Part shown: positions 56,679-62,530 of the stretch, in pieces
Position numbering within the stretch: position 1 is the stretch's first letter
Layout: each line of letters opens with the position of its first letter
Origin: a virus
Taxonomy: Duplodnaviria; Caudoviricetes
Virus record (IMG/VR): IMGVR_UViG_3300044691_000381
Location: 1 to 62,530 of that record
Reading direction: 5' to 3' (one strand)
Length of the DNA stretch: 62,530 nt
Position numbers and translations under genes: made by a program
The notes under the pieces: generated by a model
Databases searched by the model: none
The model's input: the letters and a program-made list of their open reading frames with translations, nothing else
Told to the model about the DNA's origin: nothing

Positions 56679-57572
56679 ATGGGCAGGATTAGAACAATAA
56701 AACCCGAGTTCCACTCCCATGAGGAGTTGTCAGCGTTGCCAGCGGAGACACACCTCCTCGCCGGTGCCCTCACCAACTACGCCGACGATGAGGGATATTT
56801 CAACGCCAACCCTGGACTCGTCAGGGCCGGCACACATCCTCTGCGGGACGATCCAACACCAATAAGAGCGCAACTCGACCAACTGGAAGCCATGGGGTAC
56901 ATCGAGATTCATTCGTGTGCGGACGGCAAGATGATCGGGCGAATCGTCAACTTCAACTCACACCAAAAGGTGTCACACCCCTCAGAATCAAGGCTAAAAC
57001 ATAGATTCAATGAAGGCTCACGGAAACCTCCGGAGAATTTCGGGAAAGCTCCGGAGCCTCTCCGCCCTGATCAGGGAACAGGGAATGGAATTGAACAGGG
57101 AACAGGGAACAGGGAAGCGTCCACCGCTGTCGCGGTTCCCGCCAGCCCCACGTTCATCGCGCTACCCCTCACAGGGAAGAAGTTTCACATCATCACCCAG
57201 GCCGACGTAGCGGTCTACGAGCAATCGTACCCAGCGGTCGACGTGCGCCAGCAGCTGCGGGAGGTGTGCGTGTGGCTCGACGCTCACCCGGACAAGTGCA
57301 GCCAGTCGGTGAACGGATCCAAGCAACGAATCGCCCGGTGGCTAGGCAAAGAGCAGGACAAGGGAGGAAGTACTCATGGAAACACCAACGGGAAACAGCG
57401 CAATTTCGCAGACATCGCCAACACAAGCCGCGGCGCTCTCGAACTCCTCGGCGATATGGATACTCCAGCGTATCTCGGCGGGGGAGGCGCTCAAGCCCGG
57501 CCCCACGCTGGACAAGTTCTCGAAGGCGCTGATGGTTCAGCTTTGGCAGCAGACGCTCGACGAGATCGGTGA
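56679..57572 (+). CDS. Replication initiator
   Basis: MGRIRTIKPEF, NYADDEG, NF..HQK..HP, C-terminal YPAVDV..QL...WL. Confidence 0.85.
   Translation: MGRIRTIKPEFHSHEELSALPAETHLLAGALTNYADDEGYFNANPGLVRAGTHPLRDDPTPIRAQLDQLEAMGYIEIHSCADGKMIGRIVNFNSHQKVSHPSESRLKHRFNEGSRKPPENFGKAPEPLRPDQGTGNGIEQGTGNREASTAVAVPASPTFIALPLTGKKFHIITQADVAVYEQSYPAVDVRQQLREVCVWLDAHPDKCSQSVNGSKQRIARWLGKEQDKGGSTHGNTNGKQRNFADIANTSRGALELLGDMDTPAYLGGGGAQARPHAGQVLEGADGSALAADARRDR
57072..57116 (+). repeat. CAGGGAA x5 inside initiator gene (possible origin iterons)
   Basis: Five copies in 45 nt. Confidence 0.55.
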
Positions 57573-58023
57573 GGCGCGGTTTGATGAAGCGTTCCGCCTG
57601 GCGCTGAATGCGTCGGTGTACCGGCCAGACATCGCAGAGATTCGCCGCTTCGCCGGCCTCGTCACTGCGGCACCGCTCGAGCAGGAGGCCAAGGCTGAAC
57701 TCACGAAACTCATCTGCCTCATGCGTCATCACGGCTGGAAACTAACGAATCGCGGTAAGCCGGAGAAAGAGCCGCCGGTCCTGTCAGACATTGTGGCGGG
57801 CACGATTTGCGATATCGGAGACGGCGACAAAATGGAAGGCTTCAAGGTCGTATGGCGCCACCCCGCGTTAGATCTCACGCGCCCAGGGGTTGAGTTGGAT
57901 GAGTTGGAATCCTTCCGGGCAGTCGCAGGAGAAAAGATTGAGCGCAAGTGGGTGGAGTTTTACACGCGGCGCAAGGCTGAGGGATTCAAGAGGCATCATG
58001 AGTTCCCGGCGGTGTCGGCATGA
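57376..58023 (+). CDS. Putative helicase loader / replication accessory protein
   Basis: GGAGG SD; W...L......F..A.......YRPDIAEIR; overlaps initiator 3' end. Confidence 0.6.
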   Translation: METPTGNSAISQTSPTQAAALSNSSAIWILQRISAGEALKPGPTLDKFSKALMVQLWQQTLDEIGEARFDEAFRLALNASVYRPDIAEIRRFAGLVTAAPLEQEAKAELTKLICLMRHHGWKLTNRGKPEKEPPVLSDIVAGTICDIGDGDKMEGFKVVWRHPALDLTRPGVELDELESFRAVAGEKIERKWVEFYTRRKAEGFKRHHEFPAVSA

Positions 58024-58418
58024 TCTGCAAGTCGATCAATCTTGGAGTGTCGGGCTCCTGTGTAAAGGCGGCTGCTGACCTGGTAACCAAACAACTCACT
58101 GCCGAGAGCGGCCGTCCAGCTGCAACTGCACTCGAAAGCGATTCCGCTGTCTGGTTTGAGGAGAACGGTGCAATCACTTCGTTCCTGGTTTGGCGTGAGT
58201 GGGAAGAGGAGAACGCACTATTCATCGTCTTGGCCTGGACAGAGCCAAAACGCCGAAGCCAAGGGCGTTACCGGAAGCTATTCAACCTGGTGAAGGAAGA
58301 TGCGAAACGGATGGGCATTTCACGCCTGATCCGTGGAATCGCCCCAACCGACACACTATCGCGTGAGGTTCACGAGGGCATGGGCATGAAGCCGGTGATG
58401 TTTGAGGTGACGGTATGA
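58020..58418 (+). CDS. GNAT acetyltransferase
   Basis: WTEPKRRSQGRYRKLF..A..MG motif A. Confidence 0.75.
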   Translation: MICKSINLGVSGSCVKAAADLVTKQLTAESGRPAATALESDSAVWFEENGAITSFLVWREWEEENALFIVLAWTEPKRRSQGRYRKLFNLVKEDAKRMGISRLIRGIAPTDTLSREVHEGMGMKPVMFEVTV

Positions 58419-58792
58419 GCGCGGTAAAGAAGAGCGAAGCGCTCAAGGGAGTGCCGGTCACGTCAATCGAAGCGGTTGTAGACCGCGCCATGGAGTACCT
58501 CCCAACCAGTCTGGACTTAGCCCTTCCCGAGCATCGCATGAGGGTGCGGGAGTGGATGGTACGGATTTGCCATGTCGTCGTCACGGAGAACGCGGATTCG
58601 TTCGCCGCGGCGGCGCAGAGCGCTATCCAAGAGGCGGCAGCGCTGGTGATCAACCCCGACTATCACCGCGAGAAGAAGCGTGGGATGGAGAGGCGCAAGG
58701 CGGCGCGCGCACTTCGTCAGACTGTCGAAAAGCCGAAGACGAGAGCGGAAGTGGCGTTTCATCGCCTCGATGATGCAGCGGTAAAGATGTGA
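58415..58792 (+). CDS. Hypothetical protein
   Basis: Coupled ORF, GAGG SD. Confidence 0.6.
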   Translation: MSAVKKSEALKGVPVTSIEAVVDRAMEYLPTSLDLALPEHRMRVREWMVRICHVVVTENADSFAAAAQSAIQEAAALVINPDYHREKKRGMERRKAARALRQTVEKPKTRAEVAFHRLDDAAVKM

Positions 58793-58880
58793 TCAACACG
58801 CGGCATGACTAAAACCTGCACGACTTGTTGTACTGTGAGCGGCACAGGAGGCAGAAGAAAGTCTCCAAAAGGATTCACCC

Positions 58881-59363
58881 ATGAGTCACAAGCACCGCGA
58901 CGAAGAGTTCAACGACGACATCCTCCGCGAGATCCTGCGCACCGAGCAGGAAGAGTTGCACGTCCTGCGCAAGATCGAACACGACCTTCACCGACCAACC
59001 CCAACCAGCGTCATGTTTCAGGAGATCACCATGCTTTCTGCATCAGCCGGCAACACTCTTGTCTACACAGGAACACTCTCTCCCTCGGGATCCGCATTCC
59101 CCGCAGGCACAACCTTTGCGCTCGCGACCAGTGACCCGACGGTAATCCCGACCGTCGATGCCACCGGCCTGATCGTTACGATTCCTCTGCCGGCAACCTT
59201 CGTGGACGACCCAGCGAATCCCCTCACCGTGACTTATACGGCGAGCGGCATCACGCCTGAGCCATCCACATCCCCAACATCGTTGACGGCCGCAATCACG
59301 CCGACTGTGCCGACGCCACCAACTCCCACGCCCACCGGCATCACTTTCGCGCAGACGACCTAG
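58881..59363 (+). CDS. Coiled-coil leader plus Thr/Pro-rich Ig-like protein
   Basis: AAGGA SD; second SD and in-frame ATG at 59031. Confidence 0.75.
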   Translation: MSHKHRDEEFNDDILREILRTEQEELHVLRKIEHDLHRPTPTSVMFQEITMLSASAGNTLVYTGTLSPSGSAFPAGTTFALATSDPTVIPTVDATGLIVTIPLPATFVDDPANPLTVTYTASGITPEPSTSPTSLTAAITPTVPTPPTPTPTGITFAQTT

Positions 59364-59446
59364 CACCAAAATCACAGAATCACACAATTGAGCAAGTTCA
59401 AGCGCCGACGGCTCCCATAGCGTCGGCACTTCAAAAAGGAAGGAAC

Positions 59447-59692
59447 ATGGAACTCAATCCGAACCACCCAGTAACGCGAATGACTCACGATCAGTGGCAC
59501 AAGATCGTGGGCGTTCTAATGCTCAAATTCGGCGTGACCGACGTTGAAATCGAGAGCGACGATGTGGTCCGTCTTGGCGATAACGAAAAGGCTGTGGTCG
59601 CCGATTGTCGCGGGGGAAGATTCATCATTCGAGTAGTTGGCATGGACGAAGCACGGAAACTCGCACATAGAGAGGGAGGCTTGCCGGTATGA
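59447..59692 (+). CDS. Hypothetical protein
   Basis: AAGGA SD; ELNPNHPVT..HDQWHKI. Confidence 0.7.
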   Translation: MELNPNHPVTRMTHDQWHKIVGVLMLKFGVTDVEIESDDVVRLGDNEKAVVADCRGGRFIIRVVGMDEARKLAHREGGLPV

Positions 59693-60186
59693 GCGACAGC
59701 AGATTGGACGCATTAGAGGAACGGGTCAGAGCGCTTGAACTGAAGAATTCCCGCCTTGGACCGAAACCTGAGGATCCAGCAGAACGAAAGCGCCTCACCG
59801 AGCAGATCGTCGGCTCCGTGCGCGAACGGACGGCCGCTATCGAGAAGGAACCGCCGCCGCCTACGGACTGGAGTGCGCGTGTTTTGGCTGATGGATCGCC
59901 GGTCACCGAGGACCACAAGGAGCTGAAGCCCAACGGGCAACAGAAAGACTACGTGGTACTGACTGCCGAGGAGCGTTCCAAGGGATTCGTGCGTCCGGTG
60001 CGGCGTTCCTATAAGCATTTGCCGTGTGGCAGTGTAACCACGATGGGGCAAAGCATCGCGGAGACGTATGCGCGGGAGCCACGCTTCTACTCTGGAACCT
60101 TCTGTTGCCATTGTGCCGCGCATCTCCCGGTTGGCGAGGATGGGCAGTTTGTTTGGATCGATGACGGCACGAAGGTAGGTACATGA
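59689..60186 (+). CDS. Conserved phage Zn-binding protein
   Basis: YVVL..EER.KGFVRPVR.SY.H..CG..T.M..IAETYAR.P.FY.GTFC..C. Confidence 0.8.
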   Translation: MSDSRLDALEERVRALELKNSRLGPKPEDPAERKRLTEQIVGSVRERTAAIEKEPPPPTDWSARVLADGSPVTEDHKELKPNGQQKDYVVLTAEERSKGFVRPVRRSYKHLPCGSVTTMGQSIAETYAREPRFYSGTFCCHCAAHLPVGEDGQFVWIDDGTKVGT

Positions 60187-60851
60187 GCATACGCGGGACT
60201 AGCGCGAAGCATAGGTGTCCACCGCGCTGCCACCTATGCCCGCTGATCGACGGCGACCTGATGCCATTGTGCATGGGGTCTGCGGCAATGGCATCAGGTC
60301 CGCGTGATCGAAGCCGTTGCACGTGCAAAGTCCAAGAGCGAGATCGAAGGCGCGATATTGACCAAATTGGGGAAACCGTAAGGAGTTTGCTGAGGCGGGT
60401 CCGGGAACTTGAGAAGCAGCTAGGGGAAAAGAGTTGATGAACCTCACCGGCCAGCGCATCGAGCCATGGAACGGCGTCGAGCGGCCCCAGAAGCGGCGCC
60501 AGGATCCCGAGACCTGCCACTGCGGTAAGCCAGCGCTCTACCGTCACCCCATCAAGCACCACGTCGGCTACTGCAAGGACCATCACCAAGAGGCCGTCAA
60601 GGTCACTACCGGAACAAGGCACAAGAGCGAACGATAATCAGGAGAGAACAATGGGATACAACGATTTGAGTGAATGCACCTTGACGCAGGATGAGCGCGT
60701 GGCCGAGAAGGACCGCATCGTCTCGCGACTCACCGGAATTCAGGATGAGATGACGCCGAAAGAGCGGGAGTTCGTAACGAAGATGCACGATTACAACTGG
60801 GTCAGCGTCAAGCAACTGTTCTGGCTCCGCGATATCAATGAGAAGTATTAG
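60183..60851 (+). CDS. Three small ORFs (60183-60437, 60434-60637, 60651-60851)
   Basis: Coupled or SD-bearing; first two Cys-rich. Confidence 0.55.
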
Positions 60852-61104
60852 CTCGGTACCTTCTGAGTTACGTGTTCAGTAATCGCACGCGTCGTGGTAT
60901 ATTCAAACCCGAACAGTAGCAGACAACTGAAACCAAACGTTGCTCCCCGCTAAGAGCCGGAGCAATTGTTACGAGGAAGCCGCTCGAATCAGGCTCGATC
61001 TTAGCGATGTACACCCGACCCACCCCCTAAATACCCTACCCCCACCAACAGGGCTCGCGCCCAGTAAGACGGTATCACCCAATCCCATTCAATTGAGGTT
61101 CTGG

Positions 61105-61473
61105 ATGATTGCACGTCCTGCTGCCAAGTTTGATCGTCCTCGTGTGCATGTGAGCCAGAGGTCGAGGCCCCACGAGAAGCGATGCGTGCTGATTATACCC
61201 ACCAGCGACGCTGCCTCTATCGATCCAAAACAGGCCGTGCCGGAGCGCGATGGTCTCAGCTACTACACCAGGGGCAAGGTTGTGGATGCCGTATCTCGTG
61301 GGGAGATGCGCTGGGTTGACAGATTCCACAATGCTGCGACGTTCACCGAAACCGCCTCCGGCACATGGCAGAAGACCCAAAGCGGCCCAGTCTGCACGAT
61401 GCAGTTGAGGGTGGGATTCAAGGGCCGTCACGTACCGGCCGGGCAAAGAGAGCCGGAGTTGGTGCTGGCGTGA
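61105..61473 (+). CDS. Hypothetical protein
   Basis: GAGG SD before ATG 61105. Confidence 0.6.
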   Translation: MIARPAAKFDRPRVHVSQRSRPHEKRCVLIIPTSDAASIDPKQAVPERDGLSYYTRGKVVDAVSRGEMRWVDRFHNAATFTETASGTWQKTQSGPVCTMQLRVGFKGRHVPAGQREPELVLA

Positions 61474-61907
61474 GAGCCAAGCGCCCACTCTTTGGTTGGT
61501 CCGTCGAAACGCCATCTAAGTCCGCAATATCCAAGCCCACTACCGGTCCAACGTGGAACGACGCCGACAACATACCCGATCCCAAAGCCCGCAGCATGGA
61601 CGAACAGGTAGAGATGCGCTGCAAGACCAAGCGTCTGGCCGACTGCGAGCTGCCTGAAGGATTCAGGTTAGTCACCAAGACGCCCCGGCAGTACTGGATT
61701 GACTCTCAGTTGCGATGGGGCTTCGAACTTGCATTTGGGGAACATCGGCACATAGCGCGGTATATCCAGCAGGTAGCCGATGACGTGCAGATGCAGTGGG
61801 CAATCGCTGACTTCACCGCAGAGCTGATGTTCAACGGCGTGTCGCTCAACCCAAACAGGAAGCGGCACGAGACCGCGCGCAAGGAAGCGCGTCCATGTCT
61901 GGTTTAG
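61470..61907 (+). CDS. Hypothetical protein
   Basis: GTGA overlap; overlaps sigma start. Confidence 0.55.
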   Translation: MRAKRPLFGWSVETPSKSAISKPTTGPTWNDADNIPDPKARSMDEQVEMRCKTKRLADCELPEGFRLVTKTPRQYWIDSQLRWGFELAFGEHRHIARYIQQVADDVQMQWAIADFTAELMFNGVSLNPNRKRHETARKEARPCLV

Positions 61908-62476
61908 AGGCTGTGGACGACACGGCCCATCTGATCGAATCTCAACTTGAGACCGTAAAGCGTATCGCCGGTCACATTTTCCACAAAGTCAAGGGGAAGG
62001 TGGAGTACGACGACCTTATTGGAGCTGGAAATCTCGCACTCGTGCAGTGCATTGGATCATACGATCCCTCCCGCGCCTCCCTAAAGACATTCGTCTCGCG
62101 CAGGGTATTCGGCGCAATGATTGACTTCCTGAGGCTGGAAGACCCCGCATCGCGTAACCGGCGGAAGGAACTCGGACCATCTTTCCAAATCTCGCAGCAA
62201 TTTGCAGACGAGGCAGACGAGACCGGGCTGAAGCTTTCAGAACTGCATTCATGTTTCATTGATCCACAAGCGGCCGCGATTCGATCAAACCTCTTTGATT
62301 CGCTGAATGCTTATCCCACGGACAATCCCCGTGACCGTACGGTGCTTGTGATGGCTTTTGTTGAAGATAAGCGTCAGGAAGAGATAGCGAAAGAGTTAGA
62401 CGTTTCACCGGGGCGAGTGAGCCAAATCATAGCCAACGAATCCTCGAAGCTTCGCGCTCACCTGAAAGTGGCGTAA
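61895..62476 (+). CDS. FliA/WhiG-like RNA polymerase sigma factor (regions 2 and 4)
   Basis: DDLIGAG.LAL....YDPSR..LKTF..RRVFGAMIDFLR.ED..SR; QEEIAKELDVSPGRVSQI. Confidence 0.9.
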   Translation: MSGLEAVDDTAHLIESQLETVKRIAGHIFHKVKGKVEYDDLIGAGNLALVQCIGSYDPSRASLKTFVSRRVFGAMIDFLRLEDPASRNRRKELGPSFQISQQFADEADETGLKLSELHSCFIDPQAAAIRSNLFDSLNAYPTDNPRDRTVLVMAFVEDKRQEEIAKELDVSPGRVSQIIANESSKLRAHLKVA

Positions 62477-62530
62477 GGAACTTAGGAGTTCCCATGTTTC
62501 TATCCGCACAAGACCTCGTATTCTTCGGGC
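62404..62530. repeat. Terminal direct repeat, identical to 1-127
   Basis: Exact identity. Confidence 0.97.

Noticed and set aside
1-62530. CRISPR array, rRNA or IS element
   Set aside because: No repeat-spacer array, rRNA signature or transposase recognised

Overview
The window is a complete, circularly permuted temperate siphovirus genome of about 62.4 kb. Bases 1-127 are identical to 62404-62530, most likely an assembly overlap. Several proteins resemble families I associate with Acidobacteriota (Terriglobia), so that is the inferred host. Layout: (i) late + strand arm, 0.1-31.7 kb: terminase, portal, protease/scaffold, capsid, neck, tail tube, frameshifted chaperones, tape measure, an RcGTA-type tail tip, tail fibre, two surface-related morons and lysis genes; (ii) early - strand arm, 47.5 to 31.8 kb: YqaJ/RecT, RusA, divergent DnaB, HNH-AP2 endonucleases and many small ORFs; (iii) central control region, 47.5-52.1 kb; (iv) early + strand arm, 52.1-62.4 kb: HNH, Gp37/Gp68, a pseudo-receiver, DUF1643, replication initiator, GNAT and a FliA-like sigma factor just ahead of the terminase genes. 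The tyrosine integrase targets a tRNA-Leu(TAA), with attP core and arm repeats visible. No CI/LexA-type repressor is recognisable. Its expected place is taken by a five-gene operon beside attP: a small secreted Pro/Cys peptide precursor, a 7-TM membrane protein, a membrane-anchored helical partner and two tandem winged-helix paralogues. Two promoter regions sharing ACTAGT palindromes flank it. This is the best candidate for an undescribed system: peptide-based phage communication controlling lysis versus lysogeny, unrelated to arbitrium. Other highlights are a response regulator with a natural Asp-to-Glu phosphomimic, a tRNA-shaped ncRNA with an expanded anticodon region, and an antisense bridge ORF. 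All family assignments come from motif recognition, not database searches.
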